A stretch of DNA of 64,000 bases from a bacterium. GTDB lineage: Bacteria > Hinthialibacterota > Hinthialibacteria > Hinthialibacterales > Hinthialibacteraceae. Each line of letters opens with the position of its first letter. Position 1 is the stretch's first letter. The notes beneath the pieces are model-generated. The model did not search any database. It worked only from the letters and a program-made list of their open reading frames with translations, and was not told where the DNA came from. Shown one piece after another: positions 9,360 through 20,275 of the stretch. The stretch is from assembly GCA_963662285.2 (NCBI GenBank), contig CAXXMV010000008.1:512001-576000 (forward strand). Reading direction: 5' to 3'. Made by a program: the position numbers and the translations under genes.

Positions 9360-11852
9360 TTATCGGAACAATTCCCAATTTTCATAGGATGATGCAGGTA
9401 GATTATCCGAATATGTCAGTATTTCTTTACCTGTATAATAACCAAAGAGATACTCAGCATAGAATTTCCACTCCACTTCATCATCATCCGAAGATACCTG
9501 ATAAAAAGCAAAATTGCCATATTCACGGTCGCCATTTTCAGTCATCAATAGACTCGATAATAGACCGACTGTTTCCTCGGTTACGTTAAATAATGCTTCA
9601 ACCGACTGTTCTGCATCAGGAGCGGACGGCCAACCCATGTCTTCCATCATCAAGACATACATCCATAAGCATTCATAGGCTGCAACATCAAAGGCCCGCG
9701 GCTCATTATCAATGTGCGTAGCGATATCGTTGATAACAACACAGGGTGGAAGGCTTAAATGGTGCGTCTGGTCCACTCCAATTATGGAGGCGGTAAACCG
9801 TAGTTGACTGGCAATCTCCGCAGATTCCGGGTTTTCTAAAATACCGTTATTGAGCGCAGTGGAATCAGTCCCAAACCAGCGGAACTTATTCAAAGAAGAG
9901 TTATCGGGAATAGCAGAGAAAATGTCTGCTATTTCATCATAAGCAATAACAACAATAGCTGTTTTCATGATATTCTGGTTCTGGATGTTATTCTTGAGTT
10001 GATCTACAACGGGGGAGAAATCCGTCGTTCCGATATCATACGAGATGCTTTCGCCAAATTGTCCGCCTAGTTCTTCAAACGCCGTTTTCAAGTTGGAATA
10101 TAAACCTGATCCATAAGTATCATTGCGGTATAGCGCATTGATCTTTGAGTATCCCTGATCTTTAATCAACGCCGCAATCGCTGTGACCTGTTTGTAGTCG
10201 TTCATTACCAGGCGGAAAATGTTATCCTTTTTTGATAGCGTAGTGGCAGTACTGGAAGGAGAAAGAAGCATTATTCCATTTTCCTCAACAAAAGGAGCAA
10301 CTTTTTCCAAAGCGGAACTGGTTACAGGGCCAATGAAATAACGAATGCCCTGGGCGTACATTTCCTGCATCTTTTGCAAGGCCGTATCAGGATCAGTCGC
10401 AGTATCTTCAACCACCAGTTCAACGCTTGAACCGGGCGTATGAACGCGCTTAAAAATTTCGTTAACATGAAGGCTAGCCAATTCCAATGATTTATTGATC
10501 AATTGTCCACCTTCCGCATAATCACCGGATAGAGGCATCAAAGCGCCAATTTTAAGGTATTTATCCAGATTGTCTGGAATATATATCTCGCTGGAGAATT
10601 TCTCACGAACAATGTTGCCGCCAAATAGATAGCAAGAATAGGAACCGGCCGGGGTCCATTTTTGATCTTCTAAATATTGATAAAATCCATATATGGCATT
10701 TATAGAGTCGCCATTTTGATCGAAAAATGGATAACCTTTAAATCCCATAAAAATTGTGGATATTCGAATCAGTTCATTTTTCAAATCATAAGTTCCCTCG
10801 AACTGAGAAATCCCAGCCATCCAGAGTGCATCATAAGAAGCGGATTCGAGAGAAGTCATTTGATAATTAGTTTTTGATATGATCTTGGAATATAAGAGTT
10901 CATCGGTTAATGAATAATGAAAGAAGGGGTAAAACCGCGCGTCAGATGTAGACATTGAGGCCGTAAATTCGACCTGCGCGGCAAAAGCAGAAGCGATGTC
11001 ATCTTGACTAATGATTTCATTCCTGGCAGTTCCATCAGCTCCAAACCAACGAACAGCTTTGAGAATATCTTGGCTGGAAGCGGCTTTAAGTATTTCTGCT
11101 ACCTCATCAAATGAAACAACAACGATTCCTACCTTGGCTTCAGCATTTTCCTGTTGAATAGTATCAACTACATTTGTAAGTTGAGCAATCAAAGTTTGAT
11201 AATCAGTAGTTTGCACATCATAAAAAATCGGTTCTGATAGAGTACCTATTTCTGCGTAACTTGATTGAAACGCAGCGGCGAAGTCCTGACCATAATTATC
11301 ATTTCGCGAAATAAGGACGATATGATCGACATCTTCGGACTGAATAAACTTGGCTAAAGCAACTGACTGCAGGCTATCGTTTGTGCAAAGCCTGAAAATG
11401 TTATCATCCAGCGCCAGAGAGAGCGCCGTGCTGGTTGGTGATATCAAAACGCAGTTATTCTCATCCGCAAACGGTTTGACGCGCAACAGCGCTTCACTCG
11501 AAAAAGGACCTACAAATATTCGGAATCCTGCCTGATATAAAGATTGCAATTTGGTTAATGCAGTTTCCGGGTCTGTACCAGTATCTTCAATTACCAAATT
11601 AATGTGAACCTTTGGATACTCACGCTCAAAGTCTTCCAGTGCAACTTCCAATGTGGCTTTTGCAGCATTCCCTAAATTAACGAGAGAACCTGTTAATGGT
11701 ACTAAAGCGCCGATTGATAGCGTTGTTTCTCCTGGTGGAGCGGGAAAAACGACTTGAGAATTACTCGCGCCCGGTAATCCGATTAAAACGGTAAGCAGAA
11801 TCGGTAAAAAAAGCATACCCATTCTATTGTTCCATCTGCTGCATAAATTCAT
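9360..11852 (-). CDS. Secreted protein with two tandem LivJ-type (type I) solute-binding domains and C-terminal NWELFR motif
   Basis: Duplicated IGALxPL(T/S)G...EDTxTDPxTAL...GPxxS...SPxSTA...IFRLxxND...RNDxYG...RWFGxD units; signal peptide. Confidence 0.88.
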   Translation of the reverse strand: MNLCSRWNNRMGMLFLPILLTVLIGLPGASNSQVVFPAPPGETTLSIGALVPLTGSLVNLGNAAKATLEVALEDFEREYPKVHINLVIEDTGTDPETALTKLQSLYQAGFRIFVGPFSSEALLRVKPFADENNCVLISPTSTALSLALDDNIFRLCTNDSLQSVALAKFIQSEDVDHIVLISRNDNYGQDFAAAFQSSYAEIGTLSEPIFYDVQTTDYQTLIAQLTNVVDTIQQENAEAKVGIVVVSFDEVAEILKAASSQDILKAVRWFGADGTARNEIISQDDIASAFAAQVEFTASMSTSDARFYPFFHYSLTDELLYSKIISKTNYQMTSLESASYDALWMAGISQFEGTYDLKNELIRISTIFMGFKGYPFFDQNGDSINAIYGFYQYLEDQKWTPAGSYSCYLFGGNIVREKFSSEIYIPDNLDKYLKIGALMPLSGDYAEGGQLINKSLELASLHVNEIFKRVHTPGSSVELVVEDTATDPDTALQKMQEMYAQGIRYFIGPVTSSALEKVAPFVEENGIMLLSPSSTATTLSKKDNIFRLVMNDYKQVTAIAALIKDQGYSKINALYRNDTYGSGLYSNLKTAFEELGGQFGESISYDIGTTDFSPVVDQLKNNIQNQNIMKTAIVVIAYDEIADIFSAIPDNSSLNKFRWFGTDSTALNNGILENPESAEIASQLRFTASIIGVDQTHHLSLPPCVVINDIATHIDNEPRAFDVAAYECLWMYVLMMEDMGWPSAPDAEQSVEALFNVTEETVGLLSSLLMTENGDREYGNFAFYQVSSDDDEVEWKFYAEYLFGYYTGKEILTYSDNLPASSYENWELFR

Positions 11853-11918
11853 AAATCTTCTCCATCATTTTTTAATCATACGGTAGATATTCCCTAATAA
11901 TATAAGTATAACTCAAAA

Positions 11919-11970
11919 CTGCTCCTATTGTGAAAAATACTAATCACAGAATTTTTCACAATAGGAGCAG
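11919..11970. terminator. Perfect 20-bp inverted repeat, probable terminator of the cold-shock gene
   Basis: CTGCTCCTATTGTGAAAAAT ... ATTTTTCACAATAGGAGCAG, 60 bp past the csp stop. Confidence 0.6.
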
Positions 11971-12029
11971 AGATTAAAAAGTTAAAAGATTTGATATTAT
12001 TAAGATTCGTGGATGCTAAAAAACATAAA

Positions 12030-12230
12030 TCAGACTATCACTACATTAACCGCTTTGGGACCTTTGTCCCCATCGGTGACATCGTATTCGACTTGGTCGC
12101 CTTCTTGCAGATTTTTGAAACCGTCACCCTTTATTCCACTATAATGAACGAAGATATCTTTGCCCTCTTGTTGTTCAATAAAACCATACCCCTTCTGCTT
12201 GTTGAACCATTTGACTGTCCCGATTAGCAT
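12030..12230 (-). CDS. cspA: Cold-shock protein
   Basis: [13 protein letters not shown] (RNP1), DIFVHYS (RNP2), KGPKAVNV. Confidence 0.96.
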   Translation of the reverse strand: MLIGTVKWFNKQKGYGFIEQQEGKDIFVHYSGIKGDGFKNLQEGDQVEYDVTDGDKGPKAVNVVIV

Positions 12231-12374
12231 TATTACTCTGCTCCTTTTCTCTTATTATGCATTGCCTGAAGTGTTTCAACACAATAAACGGCAGCATTAT
12301 ACATAATATTTGATGAAGCGCTACAGCAGGCGCCGATTATGCAACATTATTACAGGCTATTCTCAGAGATTGGT

Positions 12375-12797
12375 TCAACCAAAAGAGAGACCGGTTAATT
12401 GTTGGCCTTTTTCTTCCCATGCCATTCCTTCTTTAGCCCAGTCCATGACCTGATCGTGAAAACCCGGATCGATAGATAACGCAGTTTGAATCGCATCAAT
12501 TGATTTCTGCTCTTCACTGGTTATTTCGTTATTGGCCAATAATAAAAGGACGCATTGCTGATAAATGAATTTTTTCTGCGCTTCATCCTCGAATAGTTCT
12601 AAACGTTTCTTGATAGATTCGAGCGACTCAAAATCTTCCGATAACGCTTCATCGATTTTGGCGGCGTGCAGATCCATCTTTAATCCGATCAGACGAATTC
12701 GCACGGCTTCCAGTAGATCAAAATTCCTATCGATAGAGGCCAGGTCCCGCAAGATGGTGATAATCTGATATTTTTGGTCTTCAGATAATTTCGACAT
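12375..12797 (-). CDS. TerB-like family protein
   Basis: LASIDRNFDLLE and LLANNEITSEE resemble the two A-D-G-x4-E half-motifs of the TerB fold; AAAGGAG RBS. Confidence 0.6.
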   Translation of the reverse strand: MSKLSEDQKYQIITILRDLASIDRNFDLLEAVRIRLIGLKMDLHAAKIDEALSEDFESLESIKKRLELFEDEAQKKFIYQQCVLLLLANNEITSEEQKSIDAIQTALSIDPGFHDQVMDWAKEGMAWEEKGQQLTGLSFG

Positions 12798-12949
12798 AAG
12801 ATAACTCCTTTGGTTTGAGTGATATAGTTTTTTTTTATCATATTATATAATTTTTACAACATTAATATTACGAATATAATAGAGGCTTTATTCTATAGAT
12901 TTGCTCAGATTAGAGTGGTTTGCATAATAACGCTCTTAGATAGACCACT

Positions 12950-13555
12950 CTATCGATACAATTCATTTTCTTTAATATATTCCTGCACTAGATCAGGAGT
13001 TAGATCAGTAACGGGAAGCCCGTCCTTAATACGTTGACGAATGAGGGAAGAAGAGATATCAAGCAGAGGCATTTCAACATACTGCACACGGGGATTGGGC
13101 ATATTTACTCCATCGGCGCCAATATTAGAACCGGGTCGGGAAAAAATAGCGATATCAAATTCTTGCAGAAGTTTATCGCCTTCTTTCCAAGAGGGAATCC
13201 GGCTTATCCAATCTCCCCCGGTCAACAGTATTATATCGCATCCCGCAAGCTCATTTTTCTGGAAATGACGCAGGGTATCAACCGTATACGAGAAATCCTC
13301 ACGCTCTGCTTCATAAGAGCTCAGTTCAAACCGGGGATTTGCGGTTATCGCCAGACGGAGCATCTCCAAGCGGTGCGCCGCGGGAGCGACTTCGCCTTCA
13401 TCTTTATAACACGTGCGTCCACCGGATGGAACGAATATCACCCTATCAAGCAATAACTTGTCTAACGCCGTTTGCGCCAGAACCATATGGGCTGTATGAA
13501 CCGGATTAAAGCGTCCCCCGTATATTCCAATGCGTTTCTTGTTGTAGTCGTTCAC
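12950..13555 (-). CDS. nadD: Nicotinate-nucleotide adenylyltransferase
   Basis: GIYGGRFNPVHTAH, SYTVDTL, ISSSLIR, YIKENELY. Confidence 0.95.
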   Translation of the reverse strand: MNDYNKKRIGIYGGRFNPVHTAHMVLAQTALDKLLLDRVIFVPSGGRTCYKDEGEVAPAAHRLEMLRLAITANPRFELSSYEAEREDFSYTVDTLRHFQKNELAGCDIILLTGGDWISRIPSWKEGDKLLQEFDIAIFSRPGSNIGADGVNMPNPRVQYVEMPLLDISSSLIRQRIKDGLPVTDLTPDLVQEYIKENELYR

Positions 13556-13566
13556 TCTTCCGCCAT

Positions 13567-13650
13567 GTAGGGTGGGTCACGCTTTACCGACCCACTATAT
13601 AAATAAATACGTAATTGATTCGGTGGATCATAAAACGCGACCCACCCTAC
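13567..13650. repeat. Inverted pair of GTAG-type REPs (REPIN-like doublet)
   Basis: GTAGGGTGGGTCACGCTTTACCGACCCAC ... GGTGGATCATAAAACGCGACCCACCCTAC; same family at 3640 and 20020. Confidence 0.8.
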
Positions 13651-13671
13651 AGGATTGTTATAAACATTATG

Positions 13672-14967
13672 CTATGTTCTGATATGCCCATCACCGTAGA
13701 CGATGAATTTCTGACATGTCAGTTCAACGATCCCCATCGGGCCGCGGGCGTGCATTTTGTCAGTCGAGATGCCCATTTCGGCGCCTAAGCCATACTCGCC
13801 GCCATCAGAAAAACGGGTGGAAGCGTTAATCATAACGGATGAAGAATCCACTTCTCTGAGGAAGCGTTGAGTGGAGGCGTAATCGTTGGATACGATAGAT
13901 TCAGTATGCCGCGATGAATATTTCTCTATATGCTCCAAGGCTTCGTCAAAACTATCGACTATTTTAAGCGCTACGATAAGATCGAGATATTCTTCGCTCC
14001 AATCCTCTTCAGTAGCCGCTTTTAGATCTGGATATAGTTCCAGAGTCTTGGCGCATCCACGAACTTCCACATTTTTCTCTTTGAGATCAGCCAGCAGTTT
14101 TTTGAGTAACTCGCCCGACTGCGCTTTATGCACCAGGAATGTTTCAGCGGCGTTACAGACGCCCGGACGTTGGATTTTGGCGTTCAAACATATATTACGA
14201 GCCATCTGCTCATCAGCGTATTGATCGACGTAAACATGACAGTTGCCGTCATAATGCTTCAAAACCGGAATGGTGGCATGTTCGACAACCGCCTCGATCA
14301 ACGACTTACCGCCTCGCGGGATAATCACATCAACCAATCCCCGCAGACGGCACATGGCTCTAACCGCCTGCCGGTCAGTAGTCTCGATAAACGAAACCGC
14401 CGCTTTGGGCAGACCATTATCAATCATGGCTTCCTGCAACAATTTGGCGAGAACCGTATTGGAATGGATGGCTTCAGAACCGCCGCGCAAAAGACAAGCA
14501 TTGCCCGATTTAAGGCATAAGGCCGCAGCATCAGCAGTTACGTTGGGGCGCGATTCATAGATCAAGCCGATGACGCCCAGGGGAACGCGCATCCGGCCTA
14601 CCCGCATTCCATTAGGGCGGACGCGCAAATCGGTCACTTCTCCGACGGGATCAGGCAGCGCGGCCACTTCTTCCAACATGGCCGCGACAGATTCCAGGCG
14701 GCTGTCAGTCAGTTCCAGGCGATCCAGCATGGCGGAACTGAGACCTTTCTCTTTTCCCGCTTCGAGATCAAACTGGTTTTGCTGCTGGATATCCGGCGCA
14801 CATCGGCGAACAAGCGCCGCCGCTTCACGTAAGGCGCGGTTTTTAACTTCCGTTGAAGTCCGGGCCAATTCGACCGAGGCTTTGCGGGCCTCTTCGGCAA
14901 TGCCTCTAACGTAGGCTTCGACGTCTTTTATGGTTCCATTGGTTGAATCAGACATAATGATCCTCAA
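13672..14967 (-). CDS. proA: Gamma-glutamyl phosphate reductase
   Basis: VPLGVIGLIYESRPNVT, LRGGSEA, PRGG, RPGVCNA, NASTRFSDGGEYGLGAEMGISTDKMHARGPMG. True start probably ATG 14955. Confidence 0.97.
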   Translation of the reverse strand: MRIIMSDSTNGTIKDVEAYVRGIAEEARKASVELARTSTEVKNRALREAAALVRRCAPDIQQQNQFDLEAGKEKGLSSAMLDRLELTDSRLESVAAMLEEVAALPDPVGEVTDLRVRPNGMRVGRMRVPLGVIGLIYESRPNVTADAAALCLKSGNACLLRGGSEAIHSNTVLAKLLQEAMIDNGLPKAAVSFIETTDRQAVRAMCRLRGLVDVIIPRGGKSLIEAVVEHATIPVLKHYDGNCHVYVDQYADEQMARNICLNAKIQRPGVCNAAETFLVHKAQSGELLKKLLADLKEKNVEVRGCAKTLELYPDLKAATEEDWSEEYLDLIVALKIVDSFDEALEHIEKYSSRHTESIVSNDYASTQRFLREVDSSSVMINASTRFSDGGEYGLGAEMGISTDKMHARGPMGIVELTCQKFIVYGDGHIRT

Positions 14968-15062
14968 AATCTGTATGTTTGTAATAAAACTTAAGTAAAG
15001 TGATACTCTGGCTTAGTAATGGTATTTCGTCAAGATAATTGGGTAAAAGTGCTAAAATCCAG

Positions 15063-15098
15063 CCGGGCGCCAAGGGCAGTGTATTTTCTGCCCTTGAT
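15063..15098 (+). repeat. GGCGCCAAGGGCAG-N-CTGCCCTTGAT palindromic repeat
   Basis: Related copies at 19953, 47003, 50682, 50768, 50892 (inverted), 44264 (inverted) and 62344. Confidence 0.75.
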
Positions 15099-15162
15099 TG
15101 AGTCCACCTCTTATTACCAGAATTCCCACCAGTAATCGACATCTTATATTAAGGTGAAAGCG

Positions 15163-16089
15163 CTAGAATCCGGTGAAAATACGCCGGGCGTATTCGCCGC
15201 TCAGTTTTAGCGCTGGTACGGTTGTCATGGTTTTAGGAGTTCCCTTCTCCACCGCCTGTTCCAGAACGATATGAGGTTTGATTCCCGCCTTTAAGAGAAA
15301 GTCGGCCAATGCAATGTAATCGATGTCGCCTTCAGCAAAAGTTTCTGACCATACCCCATCATTGGATTGCCGCAGATGCAACTCAACGATGCGGGATGCA
15401 TAGAGTTTCATGATATCAAACAGAGCAACCTCCGAGTCGCCCGAACCCCGGTATACCCAGTGAGAATCAAGACACAATTTGACGTATCGTGGATCGGTTC
15501 CGATCATCATGTGGTGGAATTCACGGGCGGCGTTTCGCAGTTCTACGTCGTGGTTATGGTATGCCAGAGTTAATCCCATATCCGCCAGTTTTTCGCCCAG
15601 CGTCTCCAGCGACGCCGCTTGAATTCTCAGTTGCCCATCATCTTTATTCTGAGGACCACTCCATTGGATCGGGCTGGGATTGGTGACGATGATTGTGGTT
15701 CCGGCGGATTTTGCTTTTTCTGCAATAGCCAGAACGCTGTCGATGCTCTCGGTCGCACTCTTCTGGTCATGAAGAACGCTGTTGACGTAAAGCGAGCGCA
15801 TTTCAAGACCATTCTTCCGTAATAATGGCGCATATAAATCAATTTGCTCTGGCTCGGTGATCGAAGGCTCCAGTCCATCCATTCCACTGGCGGCGATAGC
15901 TTCGAAACCTTCTTCCAACGACTTATTGAAATCGCGACCGTCTCTACTGAAGTAGACAGTCCAGGAATACTGGTTGGAAGCAATGTGCAGTTTTTTTTCA
16001 CGGGCTGCGCTTTCACCCGCTCCCGCCAAAAAAGCGCCTGCCGCCAGCCCGGTGTATTTAATCATTGTCCGGCGTGATATATAACTCAT
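15163..16089 (-). CDS. Tat-exported sugar phosphate isomerase/epimerase (IolE/xylose-isomerase-like TIM barrel)
   Basis: SRRTMI signal; LAYHNHDVE, LCLDSHW, ELHLRQ, GDIDY, VLEQ. Confidence 0.88.
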   Translation of the reverse strand: MSYISRRTMIKYTGLAAGAFLAGAGESAAREKKLHIASNQYSWTVYFSRDGRDFNKSLEEGFEAIAASGMDGLEPSITEPEQIDLYAPLLRKNGLEMRSLYVNSVLHDQKSATESIDSVLAIAEKAKSAGTTIIVTNPSPIQWSGPQNKDDGQLRIQAASLETLGEKLADMGLTLAYHNHDVELRNAAREFHHMMIGTDPRYVKLCLDSHWVYRGSGDSEVALFDIMKLYASRIVELHLRQSNDGVWSETFAEGDIDYIALADFLLKAGIKPHIVLEQAVEKGTPKTMTTVPALKLSGEYARRIFTGF

Positions 16090-16432
16090 TGTTTTGGTTC
16101 TCCCTTAGTTTCTATAAATTCCATTACATTGGCCTATTCAATCATATCACAATTGACTCGGAAAAGTTGAGTTCTAATGCCTTCAAATGCAAAATAGATA
16201 CGGCTTGTTAGAATAACCTAATTTATAAAAAATCTGTATCAGGTAAAAAAGGATACCTATCTCATCAAGACCTTGTTGTGCTTATTGATTTCTTTTAATA
16301 TAAATGGATCATTACGGTTCTATCCCAATCGTGTACGGATTAACACATTCTTATTAATAGGTGTTCAATTCGTATAAGCAGGTATATGAAAAAATCTCCT
16401 GCAAAAAAACATCTTCCAAAAAGGGGAGCATT

Positions 16433-17815
16433 ATGAGTGAATCAAAACTTTCCCGGCGTATTTTTTTAATGGGAAGCGCTGCGGCGACGATGGCCGGTTG
16501 CGCAACTACCAGTTCCATTCCGAGCCTGAAACGGTTGGGATACAAATCTCCTAACGAAAAATTGAATATGGCTGCTATCGGAGCAGGCGGCAAGGGCACG
16601 TCAGATATTGGCCAATGCGGCGATTTGGGCGAAAACGTTATTGCGCTAGCCGATCCAGATGCGAAAACAGCTAATACTTCGATCCAGAGATTCACTGGCG
16701 CTACTGTTTATCAGGATTTCCGCCAAATGCTGGACAAGGAAAAGAATATTGATGCCTGCACAATTTCTACTCCTGACCACGTTCACGCTGTGGCAGCCAT
16801 GGCATGTATGGAACGCGGCATCAATGTTTATGTACAGAAACCATTGACCCGTACCATCTGGGAAGCCCGCAAATTGACTCTGGCCGCCAGAAAATACGGC
16901 GTCGCCACTCAAATGGGCAACCAGGGACACTCCGGCGACGGCGTTCGCGATATGTGCGAATTGGTCTGGTCGGGCATTGCTGGCGATATCACTGAAGTTC
17001 ACGCCTGGACTAACCGTCCAGTATGGCCTCAGGGCATCGAGGGCGTCTTTGCTGATGGTAAACCTGGACTGCTTCCTGAAGAAGATATTCCAGATAATAT
17101 TGATTGGGATGCATGGATTGGACCTGCGAAATATCGTCCTTACAACTCAAAATACGCTCCATTCAACTGGCGTGGATGGTGGGACTTCGGCGGCGGCGCA
17201 CTAGCAGACATGGCCTGCCATATTCTCGATCCAGCCAACATGGCCTTATGTCTCGGCGCTCCAACAAGCGTTGAGTGTCTCTATGAAAAAGACAACAACG
17301 ACCAGACCTTCCCCAATGAAGCCAGAATTCGCTTTGAGTTCCCACGTCGTGGAAGCATGCCAGCTCTAAAACTATATTGGTACGACGGCAACCTGCATCC
17401 TCCGATACCTGAAGGCGTTAAAGACTTCAAAATCAGTGATGGCTCCAGTGGTTCAATCTTCATCGGCAGCAAAGGCGTTCTGGCGACAGGAACCTATGGC
17501 GGCGGCTCACGCTTGATTGCCGGCGAAAACATGAAAGATTTCCAAAAACCACAACAAATCCTCCCACGCTTACCAGGGAAGGAAGACGACTACAAACAGA
17601 AAATCGACTGGCTGCGCGCATGCAAGGGCGGCGCTCCCGCAGGCTCGAACTTTGAATATTCCGGCCCCTTCAGCGAATGGATTGTAATGGGCAACCTGTG
17701 CTTGAAATTCCCCGGCCAGAAACTGCTGTGGGATGCTCCCAACGCACGCTTCACTAATAACAGTGCAGCCAACAAATGGGTTAAACCAGATTACCGCAAA
17801 GGTTGGACATTGTAA
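16433..17815 (+). CDS. Tat-exported Gfo/Idh/MocA oxidoreductase
   Basis: SRRIFL signal after GGGAG RBS; IGAGGKG, STPDHVH, VYVQKPL, QMGNQG, WRGWWDFGGGALADMACH. Confidence 0.93.
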   Translation: MSESKLSRRIFLMGSAAATMAGCATTSSIPSLKRLGYKSPNEKLNMAAIGAGGKGTSDIGQCGDLGENVIALADPDAKTANTSIQRFTGATVYQDFRQMLDKEKNIDACTISTPDHVHAVAAMACMERGINVYVQKPLTRTIWEARKLTLAARKYGVATQMGNQGHSGDGVRDMCELVWSGIAGDITEVHAWTNRPVWPQGIEGVFADGKPGLLPEEDIPDNIDWDAWIGPAKYRPYNSKYAPFNWRGWWDFGGGALADMACHILDPANMALCLGAPTSVECLYEKDNNDQTFPNEARIRFEFPRRGSMPALKLYWYDGNLHPPIPEGVKDFKISDGSSGSIFIGSKGVLATGTYGGGSRLIAGENMKDFQKPQQILPRLPGKEDDYKQKIDWLRACKGGAPAGSNFEYSGPFSEWIVMGNLCLKFPGQKLLWDAPNARFTNNSAANKWVKPDYRKGWTL

Positions 17816-17845
17816 TTTCACCCAACTAGCTAACAACAATTATTC

Positions 17846-17877
17846 AAGCCGTTGCAGAAATGCAACGGCTTTTTTTT
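17846..17877 (+). terminator. Intrinsic terminator
   Basis: AAGCCGTTGCA-gaaa-TGCAACGGCTT followed by a T run. Confidence 0.9.
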
Positions 17878-17892
17878 ATAGGAATGTTTTTT

Positions 17893-17980
17893 TGTCTGAA
17901 TCATGATAACCAGGATGAAAGGATGCGCATGATGAAAAATCCTGAATATCCTGCTAATCCAGGGTATCCAGATTCAGACA
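17893..17980. repeat. 88-bp imperfect foldback element
   Basis: TGTCTGAATC ... GATTCAGACA ends with internal (CA)GGAT / ATCC(TG) submotifs. Confidence 0.55.
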
Positions 17981-18137
17981 TTTTATAACCAGTTCCCCGT
18001 TCTTTAAGAAAAAGCGTTTTATGCATTGAAAAAGGCGCTTTTCTTTTCTATCATAACTTTTCAAGAAAAAAACTTGATAAAGGTTGCTTTCTGATTCATG
18101 AACTGTTTGTAAAAATAAGCATAAGAAGATTTTTAAT

Positions 18138-19876
18138 ATGTTTCCTAAACGTGATTTAATTATTTTTTTTTTATTTCTTGCTTTTTATTATCTATAAGGT
18201 TTCTTCTTGTTCAGCCGGAAAAATTTCTCTGGGATATTTATTACACTCGAATGGCGCTAAATCCCTATTGGGGAGAGGGAGCGCCATGGGGTAGCAGAAT
18301 CTTAACTTCCTATCTTGTTTATTTATGTCCCATTAGCACCTCTCTTGCTTTCTATATTGTAAATCTTATATCCTTGCTTTTATCTACTATTGTATTAATG
18401 CTTCTTTGCAAAGATCTGGGGATGCGCAACGGATTACCGATTGCCGCAGCCGCATCATACTTATTTTCTTCCGGTGTGGAATGGCAAATTAAAGAGATAT
18501 GGTTTAATGATGCAATAAGTCATTTATTTTTAGTATTAATGATTTACTCTATGCTTAAAAAATATGATGCATGGGTGTGTCTTTTTTCTTTATTAGGAGC
18601 CTTAAATAGAACAACGGCGCTATATTTTCTCCCTGTTTGGTATATATACCGTTTTGGTTGGTCAATACACTTAAGAAATATTCGCTATCTTATCTTTGTT
18701 TGGAGTCCACCAGTTATCATAACAATATTGATACATGCTTTATGGTTTCCTCTTACTAGTTATTCATGTATCAAGAATATTGGCGGATTTGTGAGTAATT
18801 ACAATTTCTTTGAGTTTTATTTTGAGGATTTTTTTCTACATACTTCTTCATTCAACGATTTTGTAGATAGAATTTTCTCTCTTAATTTGGCCAATAACTT
18901 TTTTGGTATTTTGTTGCCACTGTTTTTAGTGGCAGTTTTTCGCCTTAAAAATCATTATAAAATCCTATCAATTTGGATAGTGATTGTATGGCTACAATTT
19001 TTTGTAGCTAGAGATGTCGGACGTTTGGAAACATATGCTTTCCCTGCAATGATCCCAATCTCGCTTCTTTATGTCGCTCAATCAATACAATCTGCAACCT
19101 ACCAAAAAATTACAGCGCTAGTGATAATTGTGCTTTCGATTTTTTTACCGATATCTTGTTTTTTCATAATGGGCTGCATAATATCTGCGTTTGTGTTCTA
19201 CATTGGAGAAAATAGGATTAACATATTAACTGTTTCTCTTGATATAGAAAAAGAACAAATAACCTCAAACCAGAACAATTATTTTTTGATACATATTCCA
19301 TGTATTTTGATGTTTCTGACTTTTGTTTGGTTTGGCGCTTTTTGTATGGAGACATACACATTGCGTCCAAGACCAATTTTTGGTTATCCACAATCATTGA
19401 TTAACCAGCAAAATAAAAGCATGACTCTTGGAGTTGCTGATTCAAAAGGAAATTTAAGGAGCATTCATAATTACTCCAACAAAAACACAAATGATTTATC
19501 GATGATTACTATCAGTGAATCTTATGAACAAATAATTATTCCTTTGGAGGATATGGAAAAAACAGATGCTAAACTTACTTTTCTACTAAAAATGTGGGGA
19601 ACAATTGAATTGGGGAACAGATTATATGTTGATCTAGGATTTGTGGATGGAAAAGAATTGATTCCCACCTTCAACCAATTCTCACAAATTTCTTCTAATT
19701 ATAGTATTAATCATTTCTCACAGTTATTCTTTCTTTATCGCTTAAAGAACGAGAATTGCTTAATAATCGGTCGCGATAACACTTGGAAAGGGAGATTTCA
19801 ATTTATGCTCTTTGATGTCACCCATATAACAAGAAAAACAAAAGAGTCTCCTATAAAAATCAAGGTAACGTTTTAG
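18138..19876 (+). pseudogene. AT-rich polytopic membrane protein (GT-C glycosyltransferase-like), frameshifted in a T10 run; alternatively translated from ATG 18251
   Basis: About 10 hydrophobic segments. The ATG 18138 frame stops at 18195-18197; the main frame is open from 18155. One extra T in 18163-18172 joins them and restores TM1 and a WDIYYTRMALNP loop. Confidence 0.6.
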
Positions 19877-19903
19877 TCTTCTGAAAAAATAAATTACACT
19901 GAG

Positions 19904-20204
19904 CCGGGCGCCAAGGACAAAACCCCCTTGCGTCCAGCCGGATGTTGATATTCCAGGCGCCAAGGTCAGTGTATTTTCAGCCCTTGATCAAGCCACCAAA
20001 GAAAACAATCCACCGCCGCGTAGGGTGGGTCGGCCTCATCGACCCACCAAAAATCCACCTCAACAAACAAACCATTCTCGACTAACCACTGAAAAAAAAC
20101 CTCGAATCATCACGACGCGCCTGATATTCCGAGCGCCCATAAAAAGCGCCCCTACAAAAAATCCACCTACAATAAAAAGTAGGGGCAATCCTTTATGGTT
20201 GCCC
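19904..20204. repeat. Intergenic mosaic of three REP-like families
   Basis: GGCGCCAAGG family at 19904 and 19953-19997; GTAGGGTGGGTC family at 20020-20049; GTAGGGGC-family inverted pair at 20131-20155 and 20179-20204. Confidence 0.75.
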
Positions 20205-20275
20205 GGTGATAATTTCCACTTGCGGTTTATGCATGGGTAAAGACCAATCTGGAGAAAGAGCGTCTCATCCAATAC

